Below, piece after piece: positions 29,179 to 53,689 of a stretch of DNA of 64,000 bases. Made by a program: the position numbers and the translations under genes. Origin of the DNA: Chrysomallon squamiferum (lineage: Eukaryota; Animalia; Mollusca). The notes under the pieces were generated by a model. The model saw nothing but the letters and a program-made list of their open reading frames with translations, was not told the DNA's origin and searched no databases. Where the stretch lies: contig CM022669.1 in assembly GCA_012295275.1 (NCBI GenBank), forward strand, positions 7,378,001-7,442,000. The letters run 5' to 3'. Position 1 is the stretch's first letter, and the number at the start of each line of letters is the position of its first letter.

Positions 29179-30500
29179 TAGATGAGGAAAAAGTTTAAAG
29201 CATACATTTTAAGCCAAGTTAATATTTATTCAATAAACGGCGATAAAGAACAGACAGAAAAGGGGAGTGAAGGAGACGGACTGACAGGGAGACAGACATA
29301 CTATATCCATTACACCTATACAGTAAATAAAACAAACATTAACTCTCTAAATTGAAAGGCCAGCTTTCCGCAACCAAATATTTATCGTGCGGACAAAGAC
29401 TAACGATATAAAAAATCGTCTTGAGAGGGTGAATCTAATTACGTGATAAAATATAATTTGCTAAATCGATTGCTGTGATAAATGTAATATGTACGTGAAT
29501 GTAGGCATTATTCGCTTTGATTATCGCGCAAACGCAGTTCCGCCAAGTTACGTCGTCTTCGTTCCAAACACATTAACTTACGTCTCTGCTTTTAATGTTT
29601 GACTGAAGCGAAACACACATAATGTCGTTTATAAGAAGACGATTCGATCAAGTCGGCCAAGTAATTGCTTCTTAAATCTAATATTTTGCGCCTATTTGGT
29701 GAAAACAAGATTGCCAATTACGCCGGCGGATTCTATTGACTTGCTCACTTTATCGATTGGTTTGGTCTTCTGACTGCTTCTGGCGATCTGGTTTCGTTGC
29801 TCTGTGTTAAGATAAAGTTTCTGCCACAAAAAAAAAAAAAAAAAATCAAAATAAAATAAAATAAAAATAAAAAATTTCGCCTGGAAAAAAAAAAAAAAAA
29901 AAAAAAAAAAGAGATGGGGAAAGAAGATACTGTTAAGTAGCAATGTCGTCATCTGAAGCCAGGAAAATAATTAAAACCACGCTGGCGATTTTCACGTTAT
30001 AGCTCAGGGGCCGAAAATTTAAATTATTATTTTATGAAAATGTTTAATTTGGTTCTCTGCCAGTTCGAGAAAACAAATTAATTTTGAAAAAAAAAAGACA
30101 ACAAGACAATGATATCTTACTACTTAAAATATCGACGATCAAACTGACTGAATGAGTGACTGACAGACACGCAGACAAACAGTCAGAATCAAGCCATAAA
30201 TCTAACAACCTGTCTTTCACTTTACACGCAAATGTAGCTGCCCAAGACAATTATATACTCACACATACCCTCCAGTCGATATATCCAGCTATATATATAT
30301 ACAGCCTTATATCAAGTCACTTAATTTAATATATTTAATGAAAATTATTACAATATTAAATAATTGTAATATAAGCATAGTTTTAATAATTCATTGGAGT
30401 AATAAATAAATAAATGAATAAATGAATGAATAAATAAATAAAAAAATAAATCAATGAATGAATAAATAAAAAAATATTTAAAAATAAATAAATAAATGAA

Positions 30501-30555
<55 letters not shown>

Positions 30556-31025
30556 AACAGATGAGATAAGATAAGATAAAACTATTTTATCCATAGCATC
30601 ATCGAAATCTATACTTCTAACTTATCGTCAAACACGTTAACTAAATAACTTGCTAAAGAAACCAACCCCTGTCAAAAGTACAGAAGAAAAAAAGCCGGCA
30701 GAGTCAGACACTTGTAATTGTGTTAGAGCTAATTGACTGTGTATTTGTGTAAGACTTTAAAGAAAACAAGTCGCGTTTAGCTTCTGAGTGCATCAAATTT
30801 TGTTGTTTTTTCCCCTGGAGTGTTGAACTTATTAACAACTTAAAAACTTAATCCTTTTTTTTCCACTGAGCTATGTTTTACAACATGTTTCCTAAATCTG
30901 ACATTTCCGCCCATCTTACTTGCACGTGCCTGTTATTATTATTATTATTATTTTTTTTTTATTTTTTTTTTTTTTTTTCTCCCGCTAACCACTCATTTGT
31001 AAATTGAATTATATTTATCTTCCAG

Positions 31026-31550
31026 GTCTGGTTTCAAAACCGTCGCGCTAAATGGAGAAAACGAGAGAAGGCGATGGGAAGGGAAAGCCCGTGTTTCATT
31101 ACGGACGGAGTTCCGAGCGCGGGAATGAACGAGCTTTGTCTGGGCGGTCAACTCGGCTTCCAGACGTCCATCGACCCTTTCTGGTCCACGCGTTTTCCCA
31201 ATCTGACAGGACTCGGTCCCATGATGTCGCTGAGTCAGATGGGGATGGGAGGCCTGCCGCCGAACTACCACCACCACCAAGGCAAACTGCCGTACGGGGG
31301 ACTCCTGTCCAACTACATGGTCAACGGCGGCGCCATTCCCATTCACCCGAGCATGTTCGTCGCCAGCAACATGGCGCCGACGGCCTCTCTGAACTTCGCG
31401 ACGCCTTCCAGTCTTGGGCCGGAGAACGAGAGTCTGGATCTGAGAAAGTCGAGCATTGACACTTTGCGTCTGAAGGCGAAAGAACATTCGGCTACGTTAG
31501 GCGAGCAGATGAAATATCCCAGTTCGCGTTCCCAGGAAATAGCGGGTTGA
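31026..31550 (+). CDS. hbn: Homeobrain exon 3 (homeodomain helix 3 and C-terminal OAR motif)
   Basis: A TTCCAG acceptor ends at 31025. The exon encodes VWFQNRRAKWRKREKAMGRESP...RKSSIDTLRLKAKEH (OAR)...EIAG*. The corrected spliced CDS is 241+383+525 = 1149 nt, or 382 aa. Confidence 0.92.
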   Translation, partial: VWFQNRRAKWRKREKAMGRESPCFITDGVPSAGMNELCLGGQLGFQTSIDPFWSTRFPNLTGLGPMMSLSQMGMGGLPPNYHHHQGKLPYGGLLSNYMVNGGAIPIHPSMFVASNMAPTASLNFATPSSLGPENESLDLRKSSIDTLRLKAKEHSATLGEQMKYPSSRSQEIAG

Positions 31551-31925
31551 TTTGATTGTGTCTGGGACTCAGAATGTTTAACCACAGCCCAAATCAGAGT
31601 GACGCTGGTACTGGTAATAGTAATGGGTAGGGGCTGAATCTTTTTTATTTATTTTTTTATTTTTTTTTTTTTTTAAATGGGCTGAGGATTTGTTTGAGGT
31701 TTATGCTGAGAACACAGTTTTCAGGGCGTTGAAAGAGTTTCGTGTTTTTTTTTTGCTGCCACGTTATTGATTGATTCAAACTTTTCACCTTATTTTATTT
31801 CATTTTATTTTATTTAATTTTATTCCTTTTTTTAAAAAATGTCTTTATTTTTTTTTCAAATTTTTACTGTTATTATTCTATCATCATTATCAGCATCATC
31901 ATCATCATCATCATCATCATTATTG

Positions 31926-31956
<31 letters not shown>

Positions 31957-32414
31957 TGTTTAATATATTTCTGAAATATTCACTTGAATGACAAAGTATA
32001 TACTTTAAATATTTTAGTAATAAATAATTTAAAAAATAATAATAATAATAATAAAAACAATATTTAATATTTAAATAAAAAAATATCAGCTTATAGTTTT
32101 ACATATCATTAAATAATATTTTTTTAGGAAACAAAACAGTAAACTAAATGTTTCAATATTTGTCTCATCCTTTTTTAAATTTTAACTTTTATAAAAAAAT
32201 GTTGTAATTTTAATATAATTTCATGTTAAAAAATTGACTGTAGTCAGTTTGTTGTCATAGTGGGTTTTTTCTAAATTTAGATTATTCAAATGATCAAAAA
32301 TTTGTCTTTAATCGAAAATAATAAGATATGATAGCAATATTTGTTTGACATATTTATATTAATCTGCAGAATAATAAAGAATAAATGTTTAAAAACTAAA
32401 CAAATATATCTTTG

Positions 32415-32445
<31 letters not shown>

Positions 32446-32673
32446 GTCAGTTAACAAACTGAGATATTTTTTAATCATTATGTTATATACTACAACAAGA
32501 AACAAATTTGTTTTTATTAATTTTCTTAATAATTAACAACAAACTGCCGAAAGAAAATATATAAACTAAATAACAGTGAGTTTTTACTTTTTAATTATAT
32601 TATTATTTTATCTATTTATTTACTCATTTATTTATTTTTTTAATTTATTAATTAATTAATTAATTTATTTATT

Positions 32674-32727
<54 letters not shown>

Positions 32728-32729
32728 TT

Positions 32730-32805
32730 GTAAATTTCATAATTGGTTGAATGGCGTTAATATTGTAATTTTCATTTTGTAGTAAATATTTTTACGTATT
32801 CCAAG
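32730..32805 (+). repeat. Short dispersed repeat, copy 1 (copy 2 at 59165-59246)
   Basis: GTAAATTTCATAA(T/C)TGGTT(G/A)AATGGCGTTAATATT...TAAATATTTTTACGTATTCCAAG is shared, and both copies follow (TTTA)n(TTA)n tracts. Confidence 0.8.
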
Positions 32806-32961
32806 TAATTTATCTTAGTCCTGAATTGTGCTGTTATAACTGATTTAAAGTTGAATTTCGTGAAATATTTTAATTGTGGCAAACAGACACAACTGTCTGG
32901 ATTGGGATAAACAAAAATAAACAGCGATGTGAATATGAAACGCGCAATGAGCATAATGTCA

Positions 32962-33015
<54 letters not shown>

Positions 33016-33410
33016 GTGCGTGCACGTGTGTGAATGAGAGAAAGAAAGAAAATAAAGTATATATATAAGAAAAAACAAGCACGCACAATCACAAGCATAC
33101 ATACGTACAAACAACAGTACATATACACACCAATCCAATAATGTTTTACTATATTTGTGAAGAATGGTGAACAAAAACAGCGGTTTTGTTTATTAATTTA
33201 TTATATTTTAATTTTGATATAAGTCTTCTTTCAAAAGATAATCACTAAAAACGCCTAAGATTTAAAAAAATAAATAATAATAATAATAATAAAAAATGAA
33301 GTATAGACCAAATCCAAATTAAGTGCAATGTTACTGGTAGTTGTTTTTTTTCTATGTCATATGGTGCTAAAATATTTTTTACTATGATTATGATTATGCC
33401 TATTTATTAC

Positions 33411-33520
<110 letters not shown>

Positions 33521-33961
33521 TTATAATTTGGTATTGTTTAAAACATTTTCTAATTATTTAACTGTTTTGAACTGTATAGCAATATTTTTAAAAAGAGCCA
33601 AAGACAGACAATTATTATTATCCTGAATAGAATTCTCCTGTTTTTGTTTATTATTAATTTTGTTCGTTATGTTGTTAGGTTTTTACTGATGCCGAATGTG
33701 CAAGATTTGAATAAATGTAAATGTACAAAACTTTTCTGTGTTGGGTTCTTTTTTATCCATATTTATTATCCTGAAAATATTGTTATTTTCATCTGTGAGA
33801 AATACTTTACTTATTGTGTTCTGACACAGAAATAAACAGATAGTCTCAGATAGACAAGAAAACAAATTCTACGTTTTCTGATAAATCTGGCATAAATCTT
33901 TTGTCCAGTCGTATGAATGACTGATCCAGTGGGGGGGAAGAAGGAGGAGGAGGACGAGGAG

Positions 33962-34083
<122 letters not shown>

Positions 34084-34497
34084 TCTTTATATATTAGTGT
34101 GATATTGGATATGTTTGTGCAATGAAGGGTATGAGATATATATATATATATATGCCAGATTAACAACAACTAAAAAAACAAAACAAAAAAACCAATAACA
34201 AGCAAACAAAAAACAACTCAAATTAAAATTTTTGTTACAATAAAGTAATAGTTAAGACAAATTAAAAGGTTTTCTAACAGACCTCGAATTTTGCAAAACA
34301 TTGGAGGTTTATAATATTCCTGAAGAATCCAGTGAAAAACAAACAGCTGCACCCATGTTTGATACTAATGATGTCATCGCTTTTAAGTTTCAAATTTAAA
34401 AGCCCATCACATAAACATATGAATGAATATGATAATAATGTTAAATGTTTGCTTGTTGAAATAAGTAAAATAAATCTTTGCTATTTTATTATTATTA

Positions 34498-34571
<74 letters not shown>

Positions 34572-35193
34572 AACTACTACTACCATCATCATCATCATCA
34601 TCATTATCATTAGCAGAATGTTACATGTGTAAATCAGCATAATCTTTCAGATCAGAAGATTTCCAGACACCGAATGACGTAATGCATCAAATAACTGTTT
34701 ATTTCTATAGAGATATATTATGTCGATTCTATTAAACTGGTTTCCAGGACGATTCTAAGAATAACGTTAACAGCGTGTGTCTGTTAAACATTAACACCTC
34801 CACCATTTCTAAACAAAACTGAGAACCGACAACCCGTATCATGTCTGAGAAACGCACGCAGCCTCCATCTCGCTCCTAGCCATCTATGATCTGCAGTCAA
34901 AATGGCTGCCAATATCCGGTTTTTACACTCGTGCTTTTGAGATCCTGTTACCGAGAAGTTGTCTCAATTAAAATCGCCACGACGGTCACAGTTGTGTTTA
35001 TTTTCATCTTGAAAATCCATTATTGACCAAGTCGCCAATCACTTCAGTCCTCCATCTTAGATTTTTAGTCTTTGTTTTCCATTTTGTTCTGCCCGACTGC
35101 CATGACAACCGAATTTGTCGATGGCTGTTAAATTGAATGGGATGTTATTATGACATTTTAATCTGCTAGCGATTAGGGAGCACGTACTGATAA

Positions 35194-35204
35194 CTACATG
35201 GCTA

Positions 35205-35270
<66 letters not shown>

Positions 35271-35283
35271 CATAATAATAAAA

Positions 35284-35314
<31 letters not shown>

Positions 35315-36662
35315 GAATAATATAATAATAATAATACTAATTCGATATATACATCTGTTTATTTCTGTTTTGTTTATTATCACCAAAATGTTATTTTCAT
35401 AGGTGTCTGCTTACTCTTATAACTTTTAGCCATATACACATGTACATCTTAATAAATAAATAAACAAACAAACAAATAAAAAAAAACAAACAAAAATAAT
35501 AATAATAATAAATTCTGTAAAAACATCTGTATATATTATATAATTTTTAATTCTATAAAAATGGTTCCTCGCTGTATTTTCACCATTCTAGCTCAGGGGC
35601 AGCATAATTTAAAAAAAAACTTTTCAATAATCTAATCCATGTTTATCAGCTCTAAGTTTCATTATGTGCGTGCATGCGCGTTAGTTACTTCTTGTGTCCC
35701 GTGGTTACAACTGGAAATAACTGCCGAAGCCTTCGTGTCACCCCGACGTAGTTGCTGTGAGGTGTGGTCGTTGTTTAACACGTTCATACTTGACATCGAA
35801 GATTAAGTAATAATTATAATAAATTTAAAATTAAAATTAAAATTAAAATTAAAAATGAAAATGAAAATGAAAATGAAAAACAAGAAATAAAATAAACATT
35901 CAAAAATTATCAAAGATAAAGAATTTATTTGTTTGAATGTATGTATGTATGTATTTAAGTGTGAATGTATGTATGTGTGTATGTATAATACTGATAATAT
36001 ATATATATACCTTTGTTATATAGTTGTGAGTTAGTATTCATTTTATTTTAATTTGTGTTAATAGTTGATGAATTTAATTATTTTACAAATGTATTTCGTA
36101 AAATTTGAGCAAATACACAGTATGTGTGTGTATATGTATGTCTGTAAATAATTAAATGTTTATTTACTTATATTTGTAGGTGTATATGCATGCTGTGCGT
36201 GTATGTGCACGCACGCTTGTGTGTATTATACGTGAATATAAATTGACGGCTAAAGTTTTCTTGTATTCTTCTTTTGTTTTTTGTTTTTCTATTTTCTTCA
36301 TTTTTTTCTCGTTTGTTTGTTGCATTTTTTAAACTCCAACGAGAAAATGAACCTTTAAAAATTGTTTTCAGATGTGATACAGAGAAAGAAAGACAAACTG
36401 AGAGGTGCACAGTGTAACTCTGGGTGTCTCCTACATTCAAATATTTTGCCTTTATCAACCATTGACAACCGATGTAACAAATCGTCAAGAGTTGCGCACC
36501 TTTAACCATTATTCAGTAAAAAAGGGTTATATTTAAATTTATTTTTAATTTAGATTTCATTTATTTATTTTTTATCTTTTTTACCTGAAATTATTACCTA
36601 TTATTATTGTTGTTGTTGCGTCATCGTTTTCGTCGTTGTTGTTACTGTCGTCATCGTGGTCT

Positions 36663-36717
<55 letters not shown>

Positions 36718-37369
36718 TTCTAAACTGATTGTTTTTTTTTTTTTTTTTTTTTTTTTTAACTGAATTATAATTTTTAAACGCAGATATATTCATACTTTAT
36801 ACGCACCCAGGAGTTATACTTCGTTGTAGTCACTGAGTCGCCAGGGCATCTGCTAATGTATGGCATCAACGTGTTAAACAACGACTTCGCCTCTCAGCAA
36901 CTACGTCGCCTTGATACGAAGGCTTCGGCAGTTATTTCCAGATGTAACCACGGGACACAAGCAGTAACTAACGCGCATGCACGCACTTAATGAAACATGG
37001 CACTGATAAACATGGTTTAGATTTTTTTTTGAAAAAGTTTTAAAATTCCTGCTTCAGAGCTCGTATGTGAAAATACAGCGAGGAACCATTTCTACAGAAT
37101 TAAAAATTATATAATATATATGTTTATAGATATGTTTAATAAATATGTATATTTTTTAAATTTGTTGTTTTGTTTGTTTGTTTGTTTGTTAAAATGTACA
37201 TGTGTCTGTGACTAATGGTTACAGAATAAACAAACTGATAGTTGTGCTAAATTCGAAACGACGCACTTACGAAATAAAACAGAAATAAACTGATTTCCCA
37301 TGATGCACCCTTACTGCATTTTAATTAATTTTCACATCTCGGATCGAAAAATCATTTTCAAGATCAACA

Positions 37370-37405
<36 letters not shown>

Positions 37406-37582
37406 TACTATTATTATTATTACTATTACTATTACTATTACTATTACTATTATTATTATTATTATTACTATTATTATTACTATTATTATTATTATTATTA
37501 CTACTACTACTACTACTACTACTATTATTACTATTATTATTATTATTATTATTACTACTACTACTACTACTACTACTGCTGC

Positions 37583-37631
<49 letters not shown>

Positions 37632-37647
37632 GGTGTTTTAGCTGTAG
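35194..37647. mobile_element. Long diverged inverted repeat (foldback/MITE-like element or inverted duplication); core arms ~35355-35784 and ~36868-37293
   Basis: For example, TGTGTCCCGTGGTTACAACTGGAAATAACTGCCGAAGCCTTCGT on the left is the near reverse complement of ACGAAGGCTTCGGCAGTTATTTCCAGATGTAACCACGGGACACA on the right. The flanking (TAA)n and (TTA)n tracts are also mutually inverted. No transposase ORF or clear TSD is visible. Confidence 0.7.
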
Positions 37648-37663
37648 GCTGCTGCTATTGTAC

Positions 37664-38151
37664 TTATTAAATTCTGTCTGTGGAAGAAAAAAGTAACGAC
37701 TTAAAAACTATTGTCTGTACTTCCATCATATTTGTGTATATGCGGCCAAACTCTGTTAACAAAAACAGTAGCCAGTAAAATAATTGATTGGATGCCGATG
37801 TCTTCCCAATTAGTCGAATAACCAGTTCGTCTAATTCCCAGTTCGTCGAAATAACTCGTCTACCCAAATACCCGATTACCTCAGTATGTAATGAACTTGG
37901 CCTCTCCATGTTCATACAAGTTTCGATTGTAGACGGAAAATAGTGTATTTACCAATATACATAAATCTGGTTTTCTTTATTCTTCTTCTGCTGCCATAAA
38001 GTTGGCACTTGATTCTAACATTCAGGGCGGAGCGAATTTTTGGTAAATCGATCATGTAACCGAAAGCAGAACAAGTGTTCACTACTCATTTGTTGTAGAG
38101 TATTTTGCTTTTCCAGTCACAGCCAAGATGTTGCAGGTCGTCAGATCGACC
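37664..38151 (+). repeat. Duplicated block A, copy 1
   Basis: Closely similar to 39853-40415 (GGAAGAAAAAAGTAACGACTTAAAAACTATTGTC...GCAGGTCGTCAGATCGACC). Confidence 0.93.
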
Positions 38152-39851
<1,700 letters not shown>

Positions 39852-39852
39852 G

Positions 39853-40415
39853 TTATTAAAATGTATCTATGGAAGAAAAAAGTAACGACTTAAAAACTAT
39901 TGTCTATACTTCCATCATATATGTGCTTTTGCGGCCAAACTCTGTTAACAAAAATAATTTATTGGATGCCGGTGTCTTCCCATTTAGTCGAATAACCAGT
40001 TCGTCTAATTCGTCGAAATAACTCGTCTACCCAAATACCCGATTACCTCTGTATGTAATGAACTTGGCCTCTCATACATGTTCATACAAATTTCGATTAT
40101 AGACGGAAAATAGTTTATTTACTAGTAGACATAAATCTGGTTTTCTTTATTCTTCTTCTGCTGCCATATAGTTGGTACTTGATTCTAATATTCAGGGCGG
40201 AGCGAATTTTTTGTAAAACGATCATGTAACATCAGCCGAACAAGCGTTCACTACTCATTTGTTGTAGAGTAACAAGCGTTCACTACTCATTTGTTGTAGA
40301 GTAACAAGCGTTCACTACTCATTTGTTGTAGAGTAACAAGTGTTCACTACTCATTTGTTGTAGAGTTTTTGCTTTTCCCGTCACAGCCAAAATGTTGCAG
40401 GTCGTCAGATCGACC
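39853..40415 (+). repeat. Duplicated block A, copy 2, with an internal 32-bp unit expanded x4 (40239-40366)
   Basis: AACAAG(C/T)GTTCACTACTCATTTGTTGTAGAGT occurs at 40239, 40271, 40303 and 40335, but only once in block A1 (~38070). Confidence 0.93.
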
Positions 40416-40438
40416 TTCTTCTTCTTCTTCTTCTTATG

Positions 40439-40477
<39 letters not shown>

Positions 40478-40530
40478 GTTGTTGTTATTATTATTAGTTG
40501 CTGTTGTTGTTGTTGTTGTAGTAGTTGTTG

Positions 40531-40568
<38 letters not shown>

Positions 40569-40700
40569 TAATCTGGTCATTTCCTTTCCGTTAAAAAACA
40601 ACAACAAAGAACAAAAAACGAAAAAGATAAAAAGAAGAAAAACAAAATCCTAAATTTCATGGTCAATTAAAAACACATTTCATTAAATACGCATCACAGA

Positions 40701-49075
<8,375 letters not shown>

Positions 49076-51995
49076 GAACGGGACTATGTGGAAACTGGTC
49101 AGTAAATCTGTAGGGTCGGTTTTCTTGTTTGTCAGTTTTATCAGCTTGTCTGGCAGTGAAAAAGAAACTTTTAATTTCCTTTGATCTTTTGTCAACTAGC
49201 ATGCTCAAAGGACGCCGTGTCGACAACTCGTTCGCAGTTTTGCGCTCAAGATATCAAGGGAAGCTACCACAGCCCAATTTTTTTTTTTTTTTTTTTTTTT
49301 TATGTTACCGCGAACGTATTCGAACTAGCAGCCCCTCTCTGTCTTTCTTCCGTTCACAGCAATTTCACAAGGAAAGGAAATTTTGCATGGATGATGGGAC
49401 AATTCTGTAGCCTGTGTGGAGGGAGCGGGGTGTGTCCCGTGCATCTCGGGAAACCACCCCATAATCTGCCCCCCCGATGTTCCGTTATATTCTCGCGTGT
49501 TTCATTCCTGTTCTGTTTGTGTCACGCGTAAATTCTTTATACTGACAAATCACACGCTCGCAGGCTAAAAATATAAAAAAAAGCTATAAAAATATATTAT
49601 GTTTTATTATGTAAATTTATCTACGAAGTACAGTTTGGCTCGGGAAGATGTAGCGTCTTGTTGAGGGATGGGGGGGAGATAATGAGACGGGTGTCTGTGG
49701 GCAGGCTGCGTCTGAGTTGTTCGAATTACGAGTTAAGTCGAGTTAAATGACATTTAAGATGACAGACACTGAAACGAGGAGAAAGAACACATAACAGCCA
49801 TTGAGATCGTTTTGGAAGGGAAATCGTCTTCTGCTGAAATTAACGAATTGCCGCCATTTAATCTCTCTACGTCTGCTTGTTCGCCAGCCACTCCCTGGAG
49901 AATCCATTTTGTAATTCTTATCCGAACCAAAGAAAAATAAAAAATAAAAATAAAACTAAAGTAAAATAATAGAAGAGTAATAAATAAATCGCTTTTAGTT
50001 TTAGTTTTTTTTATATATATATTTATTGTTTTTGAGGTTATGTTTTATTTTATTTTTATATAATTTATATTATAATTATTTTTTTTTATCTAATAATGAT
50101 GATGATGATGATGATGATTATTATTATTAGTATTATTATCTTTATTTTGCGATTCTATTTTATTTATTTATTTATTAATTAATTAATTTATTGATTTATT
50201 TATTTACTTACTTACTTACTTGTTTATTTTTACTTTTGTATTATTTTCATTTTTATTTAATTATTTATTTGTATTATTATAATTTATTTTCATTATTAAG
50301 TATAGTTAATTTTACTTTTTTTTCTTAAGTTTTTAACCGATGCGATATCGAATTTGTTCTTAATAGATACTTATTTTATTTATTTATTTTATTTATTTTA
50401 TTTATTTTTTTATTTATTTATATGTTTTTCGGAAATTAAACTTTCATAACAAGTATGTTTTGTCTTATAGTCGAATGTTTTTCGTTAAATAAACTAATAA
50501 AACATCTGATGAATAATAATGACAACAACAACAATATCAATAATAACAATAAGAAGAAGAAGAAGAAAAAGAAGAAGAAGAAGAAAAAAAAAGAACGAAA
50601 GAAAGAAATATATTAGAGACACAAAATAAGGACTACATTAATATAGCGAGCAAGTGTTTTATACAGAATCAAAATTTATATGCAGTATATAAATATTTAG
50701 ACAGAACGTTATCTTTATTTATCTTAAGTTAAAAAAATAATAATAATAAACAACAACTTATAAGCATAAATACATACATATATAGTCACAAAATATTTAC
50801 AAATATATAAATACTGGAGGAGAATGATTTAAGAATTAATGCAAAAATTAACATAGCATATTAATCATAGTACTGGAATGCACATATAATGCTTTTAAAC
50901 ATCATGGTATAATATTAAATATGTATGTATATACTGATATATATATACCAGACGAAATACGATTAATATGCTAGTTAATGAAACGGCAGGTGAGTGTATA
51001 TTTTAACTAAGCTGCAGAAAATCGTCTCTAACTTTATTTGCCAAACTAAATATTTATTGAAATATTTATTCTTTCAGTTGTTAATAGTTCAGTTAAATAT
51101 GTTTGGACGTCTGTGTTAACACTGTTTAAAAAATACTTGTTCCTCAAATCGCTCGGTTGCCAGGCCAAACAAGTATAAAATGATATTCGTTTTCCATATA
51201 ATTAGAGCTCAAACAGTACACACTTTGTTTCGGCCCCATCAATTTCCCTATACATTTCGGTTTTCTGTATTTAATTTGTGTGCACTAATTCGGATCGTTT
51301 AAAGTTCTTTAAAGTGATTTAATATTTCAGTTAAGTGATTTAATGCTGTTGGTTTTTGTAAGATATGTTTGTAGTATGGTATTCAAGTAACACAGATATT
51401 TATATACAGGTAGAAGTTGTTATTCGACTAAAACGATGTTGTTTAAATTTATCGTAAATTCTTTCCTTAATTATATTATATTCTCTGTTACCAACATATT
51501 CCATATGTATGTGGTATGGTCCCTATGTGATTTAGGCCAAGCCTATTTACCTTTTGTCTGATTTGTGTTACCCAGTTACCATTTAATCATTCTGTCTTCT
51601 CATGTATAGCTAAAAGGATACGATTTTCTGTATTTTGCATTTTATTCCAGTATTCAAAAAGTCTTTATTTCATCACAATATACAGAGGAAAACGTACAAT
51701 TTACTATATAATCACTTCATTATATGCCCCTTGTTTTCTCCGAGTAGGCATAGGGTTTTTTCTACAGAATCTGGGCTGAATATTTTCAGTATTCCTTGCC
51801 AGTGGAATCCCCAGATCTAGGACTGATAATACCGCTAACACAGGGGTGAAAAACAGACAGCGTTGTTTCAGAAATAAAATAATGTTTACTGCTTAAAATA
51901 AAACTTTTCTTCCCCGATCAGCGAATCGTTTTTGAGTTGGAACAAATCTACCTTTATAACAGAATAGTAAGTCAAGATAACGAATTAATTTACGA

Positions 51996-52030
<35 letters not shown>

Positions 52031-52059
52031 TGAATATATATGCATGTATGTGTGTGTTT

Positions 52060-52170
52060 AGTATGTATGTATGTATGTATGTATGTATGTATGTATGTAT
52101 GTATGTATGTATGTATTATGTATGTATGTATGTATGTATGTATGTATGTATTATGTATGTATGTATGTAT
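52060..52170. repeat. (GTAT)n microsatellite
   Basis: Directly visible. Confidence 0.95.
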
Positions 52171-52871
52171 GTCTATTTGTATGTAGGAGTGTACAAACTC
52201 ACAGAAATGTATGTATATATCTATATACCTATCTATGTATGTCTGTCAATTTATCTATCTATCTATCTACATGCACTTACTTCGATAAATTATTTGTTAA
52301 ATGCATTACATGTATATTGTTCAGAGTTACATCTTTAGTGTTTAGTTGCTGATTTAGATCTTAAAAGATTATAGAGAAAACGGTTTCGACTTTAAAAAAA
52401 AAATGCAAATTAATTGTTATTTTAGAACTATATTGTTCTGTTGTATATATTTTTTCAACAAATCCAATTAGTTTCAGTCTGTTACTCTCGACAGCGATCA
52501 GTTGAGAAATAAAACAGTTAATTTCATTTAGTTGGTGTATTATTTTCGATTGCAGAATAAAAGAAATAACTGCTTACATCTTGTATCCTGCTCAGGTTAA
52601 TTGGCGATTGCAGCTCGGCACGGCCTCGCCTCTGTTCGGCATTCTTACCTTCGAAGACAAAACTGATGTTTTAAGTGCTTTCCTCTACATACAGAGATAC
52701 ACACACACACACACACATACATATACACACATATACATACACACACACATATACACACACGCACACACATATACATACACACGCATACGCACACATATAC
52801 ACAATATACATCTTATTTATCTATCTCTTATCTATCCAGCTATCTATATATATATGTATATAGACATACAG

Positions 52872-52908
<37 letters not shown>

Positions 52909-53249
52909 AATACATGCATACATACATACATAAACTGACATAACAAAGTAAAATAATATTGATGATGATGATGATAATACTAAATAAATAAATAAATCAA
53001 TCAAAATGAATCAATTAATTTAATATATATCGCATACAAATTCCATATAAAAAGTAAAAAAACCTGAAAGTATGATAAAAAAATAATTAAATAACAATGA
53101 CAACAACAATACTAAGTTAAAATAATAGTGATAATAACAACAACAATACTTATAATACAATAATAACAACAATAATAATCATTTATAATAATAACAACAG
53201 TAATTATTATAATAATACTCATAAGGACAACAATAGTAATAGTGCGGTT

Positions 53250-53279
53250 ATGATAATAGTAATAACAACAACAACAACA

Positions 53280-53316
<37 letters not shown>

Positions 53317-53401
53317 TAGTTAAAAACAACAACACAACAATAATAATAATAATAATAATAATAACAATAACAATAGTAAAAACAACAACAACAATAGTAA
53401 T

Positions 53402-53448
<47 letters not shown>

Positions 53449-53576
53449 TAACAATAGTAAAAACAACAACAACAATAGTAATAATAATAATAACAACAAC
53501 AATAACAACAACAACAACAATAATAATTATAATTATAATAATAACAATAATAATTATAATAATAATAATAATAATT

Positions 53577-53607
<31 letters not shown>

Positions 53608-53645
53608 TAATAATAATAATAATAACAACAATAATAATAATAAAA
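53250..53645. repeat. (AAT)n/(AAC)n compound trinucleotide repeat
   Basis: Directly visible; it is the source of the poly-I/T/L/Y ORFs. Confidence 0.95.
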
Positions 53646-53689
53646 AAAACAATAATAGAAAGTCACACAAACAGAAATAAACAGAGACG

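Noticed and set aside
40239-40366. 32-bp repeats as a CRISPR array
   Set aside because: The units are head-to-tail with no spacers, there are no cas genes, and the context is eukaryotic.
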